From Nitrospinales bacterium (GTDB taxonomy: Bacteria; Nitrospinota; Nitrospinia; Nitrospinales; VA-1), in NCBI GenBank assembly GCA_965262115.1, contig OZ253496.1, forward strand, positions 544,001-608,000: a stretch of DNA of 64,000 nucleotides, written 5' to 3'. The position numbers and the translations under genes were made by a program. Shown in pieces: positions 55,121 to 64,000 of this stretch; the stretch's first letter is position 1, and each line of letters starts with the position of its first letter. The notes below the pieces were generated by a model, which was given only the letters and a program-made list of their open reading frames with translations, searched no databases and was not told the DNA's origin.

Positions 55121-55561
55121 ATGGAGAACGCTGAAAGTCCTACAATCAATCAAAATACTCACCCCCCGCGAGGCGGGGTTGGTTGGGTTTAGCTGGGTGC
55201 GGGTTTGGCCGGGTTGAGCGTTATGCTCGGCGCATTTGGTGCGCATTCTTTAAAAGCCCAACTGACTGAAAAAAAACTCGCCACCTTTCACACTGCAACT
55301 GACTACCTCGGCTACCATGCTCTGGCATTGATCGCCATTGGCATCCTGATGCTGGTTCTTGATAACGAGATTCGCGCAAAACTGAAACGGTCGGCTCGCT
55401 GGATCAGCAGCGGCATTGTCTTATTCAGTGGCAGCCTTTATGGGCTCGCCTTTGAAGGCCCCCGTTTTTTGGGACCCCTCACTCCTCTGGGTGGACTCTG
55501 CTTCATGATCGGCTGGTTCACGTTGGCTTACAGTCTTTTTAAATATTCCCGTACTAAATAA
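55121..55561 (+). pseudogene. DUF423 membrane protein with in-frame TAG at 55190-55192
   Basis: ATG at 55121 reads ...GWV*LGAGLAGLSVMLGAFGAHSLK...FSGSLY...LTPLGG. Confidence 0.65.
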
Positions 55562-55591
55562 AAAAGGCTCGGGTTCACCCCGAGCCTTTTT
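55560..55591. terminator. Bidirectional intrinsic terminator between convergent genes
   Basis: AAAAAAGGCTCGGG-TTCAC-CCCGAGCCTTTTT. Confidence 0.85.
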
Positions 55592-55619
55592 AACAACTTT
55601 ACCTATATAAAAAGAAATG

Positions 55620-56087
55620 TTAATGGCAACTACCCATACCCCTTTTCCCTAGGTATTTTTGGTGGTAATCTTCCGCGATGTAATATTCCGGAGCCAGGGT
55701 GATTTCCGTAACGATGGCTGACCCGAAGCGCCCGGATTGATCGGCCTTCTCTTTGGATGCTTTGGCCGATGCTTCCTGTTCCGGTGAATGATAAAAAATA
55801 GCCGAACGGTATTGAGTGCCTCTGTCCGGTCCCTGCCTATTTAAAGTCGTCGGATCATGACACCCCCAAAACACATCGAGCAGTGCGTCAAAAGAAACAC
55901 TGGACGGGTCATACTCCACTTGCACCACTTCGGCGTGCATGGTCTGCCCGGTGCAAACATCTTCATAGGTGGGCTTCAAAGTTGTCCCACCGGTATAGCC
56001 CACCGAAGTAGCTTTAACGCCTTTGGTTTTTTGAAAAGCAAGTTCCACTCCCCAAAAACATCCGGCACCAAAAGTAGCAACTGCCAT
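55620..56087 (-). CDS. msrA: Peptide methionine (S)-sulfoxide reductase
   Basis: GCFWG, HAEVV, RQGPDRGTQYRS, AEDYHQKY. Confidence 0.96.
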   Translation of the reverse strand: MAVATFGAGCFWGVELAFQKTKGVKATSVGYTGGTTLKPTYEDVCTGQTMHAEVVQVEYDPSSVSFDALLDVFWGCHDPTTLNRQGPDRGTQYRSAIFYHSPEQEASAKASKEKADQSGRFGSAIVTEITLAPEYYIAEDYHQKYLGKRGMGSCH

Positions 56088-56096
56088 ATCGTCCTC

Positions 56097-56375
56097 CTAA
56101 ATGCGGCTGGTGATTTCGATCAGGTGATACCCGAACGAAGTTTGAACGGGACCATGCACGGCTCCCACTTCTTCATTGAACACAACCGTGTCAAATTCCG
56201 TAACCATCTGGCCGGGACCGAAGGAACCGAGGCTGCCGCCCTCTTTTCCGGAAGGACATTCGGAATGCTCCTTAGCCATTTCGCCAAAGTCTGCTCCTTC
56301 CTCAATTTTCTTTTTCAAATCCTTACAGACTTCCTCAGATTTGACCAATATATGTCGAGATGTTGCCTGGGTCAT
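56097..56375 (-). CDS. ppiC: Parvulin peptidyl-prolyl isomerase
   Basis: RHILV, HSECPSG..GGSLG, QMV.EFD, FGYHLI. Confidence 0.93.
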   Translation of the reverse strand: MTQATSRHILVKSEEVCKDLKKKIEEGADFGEMAKEHSECPSGKEGGSLGSFGPGQMVTEFDTVVFNEEVGAVHGPVQTSFGYHLIEITSRI

Positions 56376-56388
56376 AAAAACATCCTTT

Positions 56389-57204
56389 CTATTTTTGATT
56401 ATAAATTCTGTAATAATAGCCCAACAAAATCAGGACCATAAACGCTAAAGCTGTAAAATGCTGCATGTATTTCGCGGAATACCAAGTGGGAGAGAAACGC
56501 ACCGTGCCGTTAATCTCCCCGGAATAATGCTTCAACATTTCTCCGTATTCTATCATCAAGCGGACGGGAAAACGATCCTGTCCCTGATCTCCCCGCCGAA
56601 AAACACGGACTTCAAAATTCTTTTCTTCACCTCCGTACAGGGTAAAACCCATCGTTCCCGAAAAATCCTCGGTTTCTATGCCGGGAGGCAGTAAAAGCAT
56701 CATTCTTATATTTTTAAGCGATTGAGAACGGTTCTGAAGAAACACCTTCAAGATGGAGGAGTCCGAATCGGTCGCCGATTCCATACTTCCCTCCACTTTG
56801 GGCACCACAGGCTCCTTGAAAAAAAAGGAGTCTGTGGCCAGAACCGATTGTCGGGTCCCGCTATTCGGATGCGTCCAATATTCCACCATGGCAGTCAGGG
56901 GATACCGACCCACCCGCATGACAGGGGGATGTTTGTCATTTTCAAGTATGACGCTCTGCCCCGGATCCAGACGCATGATCTTCGACATCATTGACATCGA
57001 GTGGTGGAAATGGAACATCGGGTGGATATGATAAACCGGTTGGGAACCGGCATTCTTCAGAGTCAACGCCAGCTTTACGTTTCCGGCATCATCAACCTGA
57101 CTCTGAATGGAAACCTCCAGCGGCTGTGCATGGGCATATCTAATCGGCATCACCCCAGCTAAAACAGCAAGAAGGATTATCGAAAGCTTTAGATAATAGG
57201 CCAT
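56389..57204 (-). CDS. Hypothetical exported protein with C-terminal TM anchor
   Basis: Signal peptide (AHA-Q), beta-rich body, C-terminal hydrophobic helix. Confidence 0.7.
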   Translation of the reverse strand: MAYYLKLSIILLAVLAGVMPIRYAHAQPLEVSIQSQVDDAGNVKLALTLKNAGSQPVYHIHPMFHFHHSMSMMSKIMRLDPGQSVILENDKHPPVMRVGRYPLTAMVEYWTHPNSGTRQSVLATDSFFFKEPVVPKVEGSMESATDSDSSILKVFLQNRSQSLKNIRMMLLLPPGIETEDFSGTMGFTLYGGEEKNFEVRVFRRGDQGQDRFPVRLMIEYGEMLKHYSGEINGTVRFSPTWYSAKYMQHFTALAFMVLILLGYYYRIYNQK

Positions 57205-57306
57205 GGAATCTATTTTAGCATCGCAAGGACTCAATATAAACTCGGACTTAGCCTGCAAATATTGTTATCATCAGGATAACCGTCGAATAACATCAGGAGA
57301 ACTCTT

Positions 57307-58053
57307 ATGGATTTTCTATTGATCCCGTTAGTATTGCTCGCCCTGCTGGTTTTCAGCATGTTCAAGGTTTTGCGTGAATACGAAAGAGGAGTGATTTTTC
57401 TGTTCGGAAGATTCTGGAAAGTCAAAGGTCCGGGAATCATCATTGTCGTGCCTGGAGTCCAGAAAATGGTCAAGGTCAGCTTGCGCACCGTGGTCATGGA
57501 TGTTCCGCCTCAGGACATCATCACCAAGGACAATGTGACGGTAAAGGTCAACGCGGTGATTTATTTCCGTGTTGTCGATCCCCAAAAAGCCATTATCGAA
57601 GTAGAAGATTTTCTTTACGCAACTTCCCAACTCTCTCAAACGACTTTGCGAAGTATTTTGGGCCAGAGCTCGCTGGATGATCTGTTGTCCAATCGGGAAG
57701 AGATCAACGCCCATCTGCAACAAGTCATTGATGAGCAAACCGAGCCATGGGGAGTTAAAGTCGCCAATGTAGAAGTCAAAAATGTCGACCTGCCGCAAGA
57801 GATGCAACGTGCCCTGGCGAAACAGGCAGAAGCCGAGCGCGAGAGGCGGGCTAAAGTCATCAACGCCCAGGGTGAGTTTGAAGCGGCGCAGAAAACCTGT
57901 GATGCCGCAGACCTGATCGGCGCGCACCCCCCTGCCCTACAATTGCGCTTTTTTCAGACTTTGCTGGATCTTTCTTCAAATGAGGGGACGCATACTTATC
58001 TCCCCATTCCGCTTGAGCTGTTCGATTCCCTGCGCAATAAAGGGAAAGAGTGA
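57307..58053 (+). CDS. SPFH/band-7 (stomatin/slipin) protein
   Basis: [41 protein letters not shown]. Confidence 0.92.
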   Translation: MDFLLIPLVLLALLVFSMFKVLREYERGVIFLFGRFWKVKGPGIIIVVPGVQKMVKVSLRTVVMDVPPQDIITKDNVTVKVNAVIYFRVVDPQKAIIEVEDFLYATSQLSQTTLRSILGQSSLDDLLSNREEINAHLQQVIDEQTEPWGVKVANVEVKNVDLPQEMQRALAKQAEAERERRAKVINAQGEFEAAQKTCDAADLIGAHPPALQLRFFQTLLDLSSNEGTHTYLPIPLELFDSLRNKGKE

Positions 58054-58628
58054 CAATAAAGCTTGAAGGAAACTGGGATAAAGGCTTTGCCTATGATGTC
58101 CACACGCTTGATAGCGTTTACTTAGGACCTGATCAATTTGGGCACGATCAATTTAAGAATACCCGAAGTGAAATGGGCAAATTGGTCTTTAGGCTTAAAT
58201 ATAAAAACGATAAATCCACCACCAATAAAATTGTTGATTTACTTGGCAAATACAAAGGTATTGAAAAATTTGATGCCATAATCCCCTCTACTTCCTCAAA
58301 GAAAGACAGGCCATACCAACCCGTTGATGAAATTGCCCTTGAGTTAGGAAAACGAATGGGTGTTAATGTCTTAATTGGGTTTCTTGAAAAAAGTGACGAA
58401 AGCAAAGAACTTAAGGATATTACAGGCGTGGATGAGCGCATTCAGGAGCTTAAAAAGGTCACCTTCATTTCTTCCGAAAAAGATATTTCTGGCCAAAAAG
58501 TGCTATTATTAGATGATTTGTTTAGATCGGGAGCCACCCTGTCGGTATCGACCGACCTACTATACAAACAAGCCAAAGTAAGTAACGTGAGTGTCCTTAC
58601 AATGACGAAAACCAAGAGCAACCGATGA
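58050..58628 (+). CDS. ComF-like phosphoribosyltransferase-fold protein
   Basis: [17 protein letters not shown]-loop [18 protein letters not shown] overlap with the SPFH stop. Confidence 0.8.
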   Translation: MTIKLEGNWDKGFAYDVHTLDSVYLGPDQFGHDQFKNTRSEMGKLVFRLKYKNDKSTTNKIVDLLGKYKGIEKFDAIIPSTSSKKDRPYQPVDEIALELGKRMGVNVLIGFLEKSDESKELKDITGVDERIQELKKVTFISSEKDISGQKVLLLDDLFRSGATLSVSTDLLYKQAKVSNVSVLTMTKTKSNR

Positions 58629-59188
58629 CAACGGTATTTTTATCGGGTTCGCGGCAGTTGAACCGACTAAATGACACGATAAAAGCTCGGATCAATAATA
58701 TGGTCGAGCAAAGTTTCCTCGTTCTTTTGGGTGACGCAAACGGCGCGGACAAAGCAATGCAGCAATACCTCGCCGATACTCATTACTCGAATGTTAAGGT
58801 TTTTTGTTCAGGGGAAACTTGCCGGAACAATATTGGCGATTGGGCTGTCACGCAGGTCTCCGTAGGTAGCAAGCTGAAAGGGCGCGATTTCTATACTGCG
58901 AAAGACAAAAAAATGTCCTCAAAAGCAGATTACGGACTTGTTTTATGGGATGGCAAAAGTGCAGGCGCAATCAACAATGTATTTGAGCTTCTAAAACATG
59001 GCAAACAAGTTGTTGTATATTTCTCGCCTGAAAAAGAGTTTCACAATATTTCGCATCTGAATGATGCAAAAGCTTTGCTTAAAAAATGCGACCCTACCAC
59101 CCTTAACTTAATTAGCAAAAAAATCCGGTTGCCTAGCGCTATTGCGGACATCCAAAATGCCGCACAGGGAAACCTGACACTATCTTAA
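58625..59188 (+). CDS. SLOG-superfamily (DprA/YpsA-like) protein
   Basis: VFLSGSR, GDANGAD, KD..M...ADYGLVLWDGKSAG; ATGA overlap with the PRTase stop. Confidence 0.65.
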   Translation: MTTVFLSGSRQLNRLNDTIKARINNMVEQSFLVLLGDANGADKAMQQYLADTHYSNVKVFCSGETCRNNIGDWAVTQVSVGSKLKGRDFYTAKDKKMSSKADYGLVLWDGKSAGAINNVFELLKHGKQVVVYFSPEKEFHNISHLNDAKALLKKCDPTTLNLISKKIRLPSAIADIQNAAQGNLTLS

Positions 59189-59245
59189 TTTGGGTTAGTT
59201 GCGGTAGCAACCATTTACATGTGCAGTCGACCCCTCGGCTAAAGC

Positions 59246-59551
59246 CTATTTACCATTAAAACGGGTATTGATATATACTGCGACCCCCTCAATGGGAACC
59301 TCTACCGAGGAGTTACCGCTTCTAACATAGAACTTTTTCGATTTAACCCCGCCCTTATCCGCAACCTCCAAATACTGCGGCTCCAGTCCTTTTTTAATCT
59401 GTATGTGACAAATTTCATTTTCATCGACTTCGGGAAAACTAACAGTAATATTATTAGTAGCAAAGTTTACCCCAAAACTTGTCTTTATCAAATCCCTTAG
59501 GTGAAGTTCAAACTCGTCCTTGCTCCCATCCAAACTAGCATAGTCATAGTC
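59246..59551 (-). pseudogene. C-terminal fragment of an AlbA_2/Schlafen-like domain protein, truncated at the IS3 left end
   Basis: Open frame from the IS boundary: DYDYASLDGSKDEFELHL...FYVRSGNSS...YINTRF. Confidence 0.65.
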
Positions 59552-59616
59552 TGATCTTCCCCTGAATTGGTGGACACATAGAAAAGTGTGGATAATACAC
59601 TTTTGGAGGTGTTTTT

Positions 59617-60811
59617 ATGGGAACCAAACGCAGGAGTTTCAGTAAAGAATTCAAGTTAGAAGCGGTTCGATTGGTTATTGAAGTAGGCGATAGCATTGCC
59701 CGGGTGTCCCGGGATCTGGGAATCCGTTCTGCCCTTCTGGGTCGCTGGAAACAGGAGTATGAGGAGGATCAGGGGAATGCGTTTCCCGGCAAAGGACAGC
59801 TTAAGCCGGGAGATGAGTTGCAGCAGTTGCGGCGAGAAAACGCTCGCCTTCGTATGGAGCGGGACATATTAAAAAAGGCGGCAGTTATCTTTGTGATGTC
59901 CTCTTCATTTGTCTTCATGCCACGAAGGGGTACTCGAAGGGTTCCCAATGAGATATCGGTTTATACGGGATCATCGAGAAGCATTTCCGGTAAGCCCGAT
60001 GTGCCGGGTTCTGGAAGTGGGACGAAGTGGGTTCTATGCCTGGCTGAGCCGCCCCGAGAGCCTGAGGAGCCGTGAGAAGCAGCGATGGGTTGATGAGATC
60101 AAAACCGTTTATAAGAAGAGTCGCCAGACTTATGGCAGTCCCAGAATTCATGAGGACTTGAAAGACAAGGGATATGCCATTGGCAGGCATCGTATTGCCT
60201 GTCTTATGCGCGAGCATGGAATCGTTGCCAAGCACAAAAGAAAGTTCAGGGTGACAACCGATTCCAAACATAATCACCCGGTGGCAAAAAACAAACTGCA
60301 ACGGCGGTTTAATGTTGCTGAGCCCGGTCAATGCTGGGTTTCGGATATCACCTATATCCCGACTCAAGAGGGCTGGTTATACCTTGCGGTGACGCTGGAT
60401 TTATTCCACCGTAAAGTTATTGGTTGGGCCATGGATCGTTGGATAACCCGTTGGTTGGTAATGAGAGCTTTAAATATGGCAATGAAGAACGGCGGCATGA
60501 AACCGGGATTGATTCACCATTCTGACCGGGGGGTTCAATATGCCTGCAACGATTTTCAAGCCTTGCTCAATGTTCATGGGATAGAGTGCAGTATGAGCCG
60601 GAAGGGCGATTGCTGGGATAACGCCGTGGCGGAGAGTTTTTTCCATACTCTCAAAGTGGAACTCATTCATAACCGGAACTACAAAACCCGTCAGCAAGCA
60701 AAGAAGGATATTTTTGAATATATCGAAGTGTTTTATAATCGGCAACGCCGTCACTAATATCTCGGCTATCTCAGCCCTGCCGAATTCGAGAAACAGGCCT
60801 ATGCCTCTTAA
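59617..60811 (+). pseudogene. IS3 transposase orfA/orfB with a 41-bp insertion and premature TAA at 60755
   Basis: RRH*YLGYLSPAEFE where RRHS is expected; orfB displaced from the -1 frame by the insertion. Confidence 0.85.
59892..59932 (+). mobile_element. 41-bp mini-element, copy C, inserted in IS3 orfA
   Basis: TGTGATGTCCTCTTCATTTGTCTTCATGCCACGAAGGGGTA. Removal gives KKAAVIFSKGSQ-TGA overlapping the orfB ATG in the -1 frame. Confidence 0.8.
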
Positions 60812-60841
60812 CTAACTGTCCACTAAAACAGGGGAAGATCA

Positions 60842-61178
60842 CTCATATTTATATGAACTAAAAGAATTAGGGGAGTTAAACAATAATGGTATTCCTCGAA
60901 TGATTAAAGGATATTTCCTGGAGATGGCTTGTGTTATCTATGAAATGAATAGGATTTTGGAGCATGGGGGAAGATTTATCATGGTAAATGACAATGTAAG
61001 GTATGCGGGAATCCCTGTTTCTGTCGATTTAATTTTATCTAATTTTGCAGAGCAATGCGGTTTCGTTGTTGAGGAAATAATGGTGCTGCCAACTGGCAAA
61101 GGGAATAGTAGTCAACAAATGGGGTCCCATGGACGAACCCCTCTTCGTAAATGTGTTTATGTCTGGAGAAAAAATTAA
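60842..61178 (+). pseudogene. C-terminal fragment of a type II DNA methyltransferase (M.AvaI/M.BsoBI-like), truncated at the IS3 right end
   Basis: NNGIPRMIKGYF.EM...MVNDNVRYAG...KGNSSQQMG..GR.PLRK; lies directly before the endonuclease gene. Confidence 0.75.
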
Positions 61179-62127
61179 TTGTCTCAATCTTATTTGACTC
61201 ATATTACCGAATCTAGCCAATTGGTAACAACTTATGAAGAGACCCGAGCTGGCTTTGTACAAATGGCCCTCGAAAAAAATCGTAAAGCTATTCCGTATAT
61301 TGAGGAAGCTAGAGCATTGAAGGCAGATGTTTTAACTGCTCAAAAACCTATGGATTTAATAAATATTGAAAAAATAGCTCCAGCATTATTAACAGCCTCT
61401 GGGTTATCCGACAAAGCACTTAATCATTTACAAGAAGAAGATAAAAAAAGCGCAATTAAAGGTTTAATTGATGAATTCTTAGAACCAGCGGGAGATAATT
61501 TTGTAGATGAACTTATATATAGGTTTCTATTAATAAAAGGTGATAGCCTGGGCGGAAGAATGAGAAACTTGGCTGGAGCAATTGCCGAAACTAAACTAAA
61601 ACGAGCCATAATTGCTTCGTTTAATCTTTATAATATTAGTTTTAAAGCACTTCATGCGCCTTCAAAAAAATGGATCTCTGGGGAAAAAGCTTGCTGATGA
61701 TGTTGATAGCATATCTGGTTTTTCATGGAAAATTGACGATAAAGATAGGATTCTAGTTTTTAATAAGACCGTTCCGTTAGTTCGAAATAATATTGATGTT
61801 TGCATCTTAGAATCAACACCGAAGTCAATCAACAAAGACTTCAAAAATCCGAAAAAATATATCATGTTGGGAGAATTAAAAGGTGGTATTGATCCTGCTG
61901 GTGCAGATGAGCATTGGAAAACAGCAAGAACAGCTATCACAAGGATATCTGATTCGTTTAAAAAACAAGATTTTTCACCCAAAACTTTTTTTATTGGTGC
62001 TGCTATAGAAAATAGAATGGCAGAGGAAATATGGGGCCTTTTGGAAAATAAACAATTAACCAATGCGGGAAACCTAACTGATTCTAATCATGTTGCCTCT
62101 ATTTGCAATTGGATGGCTATGGTTTAG
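61179..62127 (+). pseudogene. AvaI/BsoBI-family type II restriction endonuclease, frameshifted near 61685
   Basis: ETRAGF..MALEKNR, GDSLGGRMRN, ELKGGIDPAGADEHWKTA; split at GGGGAAAAAG. Confidence 0.85.
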
Positions 62128-62247
62128 GATCTAATAAATTTAGGATCATGACCCTAAATTTAAAATCGTTTTTAAAATCTAATTTTTTAACTAATTGAAA
62201 TAAAAAAATGCGCTCTAATAAACCCAGAGGCTACAGTTTGAATGACT

Positions 62248-62976
62248 TGGACTGGTAACGAAAAGCGTTTACAAGTTTAGCTTTTTCAAAGAGGAAGAGC
62301 CATGGTTTCTCGGTTAAGACAAGTTTGCCAGGAACTTGTTTAACTTAAAGGAGAGACCAATGACTCAAGACCAATACGTTATCAGAAGAAAGCTGAATAT
62401 CCTGGAACTCGGTGAGACGCTGGGCAATATATCGGAAGCATGCCGGGTGTGTCCCGGCAACATCATTACGACATTAAGTCTGCTGTCGAGGAAGACGGTG
62501 TGGAGGGGCTCATCGAAAAGTCCCGGAAGGTTCCACGGATAGGTAATAGAGTGGCCCCGGAAATTGAGCAGAGGGTTTTAGATTACGCGCTGGAGTTTCC
62601 CACCCTGGCCAGGACACCTGTTATATCGGATACATTGACGAAAGTGCGGCACCCGCAAACTAACGGATCGGTCGAACGGCTGAACCAGATCGTTCAAAAC
62701 GAGTTCTATAAAGTCGCCTTCCGCAAAAAGATATACAAATCCATTGAGGAAATCCAGGCCGACCTTGATATTTTCATGGATGACTACAATAACGTGAGAA
62801 CCAATCAGGGGAAACATTGTCAAGGCAGAACGCCCAGGCATACCTTCCACGATGGAAGGACTCTTTATCAACAATACGTTTTTGAAAACTCGGAGGAGGA
62901 AAATCAAGCCGCTTAAAATCGTGTAGAATGTTCTTGGCCGGGAGACCGACTGTCAACGCAAATCGTTACTACCGCA
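62248..62976 (+). mobile_element. IS481-family remnant (internally deleted; transposase 62360-62916 frameshifted)
   Basis: Imperfect IRs TGGACTGGTAACGAAAAGCGTTTACA and TGCGGTAGTAACGATTTGCGTTGACA. LGNISEACR HTH and PQTNGSVER..EFY..YN..R..QG..C.GRTP; central DDE part missing. Confidence 0.82.
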
Positions 62977-62985
62977 GTTAATCCC

Positions 62986-63429
62986 TTAAAAGGTGTCTCG
63001 ACTAACCCCTCGGTCACGCCCTCTTCCACCTGGAGTGCGGCCCAAGGAGGTGGTGAAGACATCTCCCTGCTGAACCAGACCGTCATGCTTGGTCCGAATG
63101 GTTCCAATGCGGTTTTCTCTGATCTCTTTCGCCGCTTCTTCAATCAGGTCCTCTTCTTTTTTAGCGGCTTTCTTTACCTCTTTATTGGGCTCAGTGGCCC
63201 CTTTATCCTCGGTGCTTTCGCTTGTCCCTTCTGCAGCTACGGGTGCCTCAGCGGCTTCAGTAGCGGACTCTGTTTCCAGTTCTTCGGCTTCGGCCTCTTT
63301 CATGGAGCTTTTAAAGTTTTTGATACTTCTTCCAAATGCCGAACCAATCTCCGGGAGCTTTCCGGCTCCAAAAATGATCATGATAATGACCATGATTACC
63401 ATTAACTCTGGAAAACCTATTCCCATCAT
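62986..63429 (-). CDS. tatA: Twin-arginine translocase TatA/E subunit with long C-terminal tail
   Basis: [10 protein letters not shown]...[19 protein letters not shown]. Confidence 0.9.
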   Translation of the reverse strand: MMGIGFPELMVIMVIIMIIFGAGKLPEIGSAFGRSIKNFKSSMKEAEAEELETESATEAAEAPVAAEGTSESTEDKGATEPNKEVKKAAKKEEDLIEEAAKEIRENRIGTIRTKHDGLVQQGDVFTTSLGRTPGGRGRDRGVSRDTF

Positions 63430-63567
63430 AAGCTTTTTCTCCTTTTGGCTGATCTAACTTGGAAACCAGTCTAGCAAAATAACCGCTGAATTGACAGGAA
63501 TTTAGTACCCCTGCACTAATCCTGCTTCTTATCTAAATACCCGTCTTTAAAAACTCACCCTAACCTT

Positions 63568-63603
63568 AAAAACAAAATGGGAACCCGGAAATACCGGGTT
63601 CCC
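63568..63603 (-). terminator. Intrinsic terminator after the 63634-63990 gene
   Basis: GGGAACCCGG-TATTT-CCGGGTTCCC then ATTTTGTTTTT on the minus strand. Confidence 0.75.
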
Positions 63604-63633
63604 GAATCGAAAGTACTTCAAGCTGCCTTACAG

Positions 63634-63990
63634 CTAGCGCAAATGCCCATTTAAAATGGGAGAATCGAGAATGGCTTTATTTCCCTTGGCGTGTTTTTTT
63701 GCTGCTTTAAAATGCATGGTCGCCGCACCATGATCACCCAGTTTATCCAAAGATACCGCTTCATTAAAATGTGTTTCCGCTAGAGAACCATCTTCCGCAC
63801 TGGCTTCCTGGAAATGTTTCAACGCTCCCTTAATATTGCCTTCATTCCAATTCTTAATTCCAGCTTTGTTGTGCATATCAGCACCTGGATTAGATCCGGC
63901 CGGAAGCGACATAGGCCCTTCAGCGGCAAAAGCTGTGAGAGGCGCAGAAATCAGAAACAAGGCAAATACAACTGAAAATATAGTTCGCAT
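63634..63990 (-). CDS. Secreted TPR-like protein
   Basis: Signal peptide (AFA-A); TPR-like helices HNKAGI..W..G and HFNEAVSL..LG. Confidence 0.7.
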   Translation of the reverse strand: MRTIFSVVFALFLISAPLTAFAAEGPMSLPAGSNPGADMHNKAGIKNWNEGNIKGALKHFQEASAEDGSLAETHFNEAVSLDKLGDHGAATMHFKAAKKHAKGNKAILDSPILNGHLR

Positions 63991-64000
63991 ATCAAAACTC

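Larger units (their letters stand above)
59552..60841 (+). mobile_element. IS3-family element, 1290 bp, inactivated
   Basis: IRs TGATCTTCCCCTGAATTGGTGGACA and TGATCTTCCCCTGTTTTAGTGGACA (22/25). orfA HTH, A6G slip site at 59871-59877, orfB DDE ([22 protein letters not shown]). Confidence 0.93.

Noticed and set aside
55190..55192. Pyrrolysine or amber recoding in DUF423
   Set aside because: TAG is used as a normal stop in this window (e.g. dnaJ, grpE) and no pyl genes are seen; a nonsense mutation or error is simpler.

Overview
Mostly core chromosome of a chemolithoautotroph. Nitrospinota (Nitrospina-like) is my inference from the five-subunit-type POR/OGOR delta-like gene, the gene set and gene order; there is no rRNA here to confirm it. 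Core content: 3' end of nuoM, dnaK-grpE-dnaJ, degP, sigma54-type gltBD, leuA, cmoA, tRNA-Pro(CGG), a glycogen cluster (glgP, malQ, GH57, glgB), oppBC, a menaquinone UbiD-type decarboxylase, uvrA, a complete F1Fo operon, holB-ricT-metG-tatD/rSAM, msrA, ppiC and tatA. An AT-richer decayed defence island lies at about 58.0-63.0 kb: a PRTase+SLOG pair, a truncated AlbA_2/Schlafen-like gene, a dead IS3, a broken AvaI/BsoBI-type R-M system and an IS481 remnant. The most striking unexplained structure is a 39-41 bp mini-element (N-GTGAT...TGCCCC-GNA-GGGGTA) found six times. It has no terminal inverted repeats or target duplications, and its precise removal restores two REP-like sequences, the IS3 orfA end and another copy of itself. 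Also notable: an unannotated 34-aa basic peptide gene flanked by complementary arms, a NolW/K+-channel-pore chimeric ORF, an IS481-derived MITE, and many lesions confined to accessory genes.
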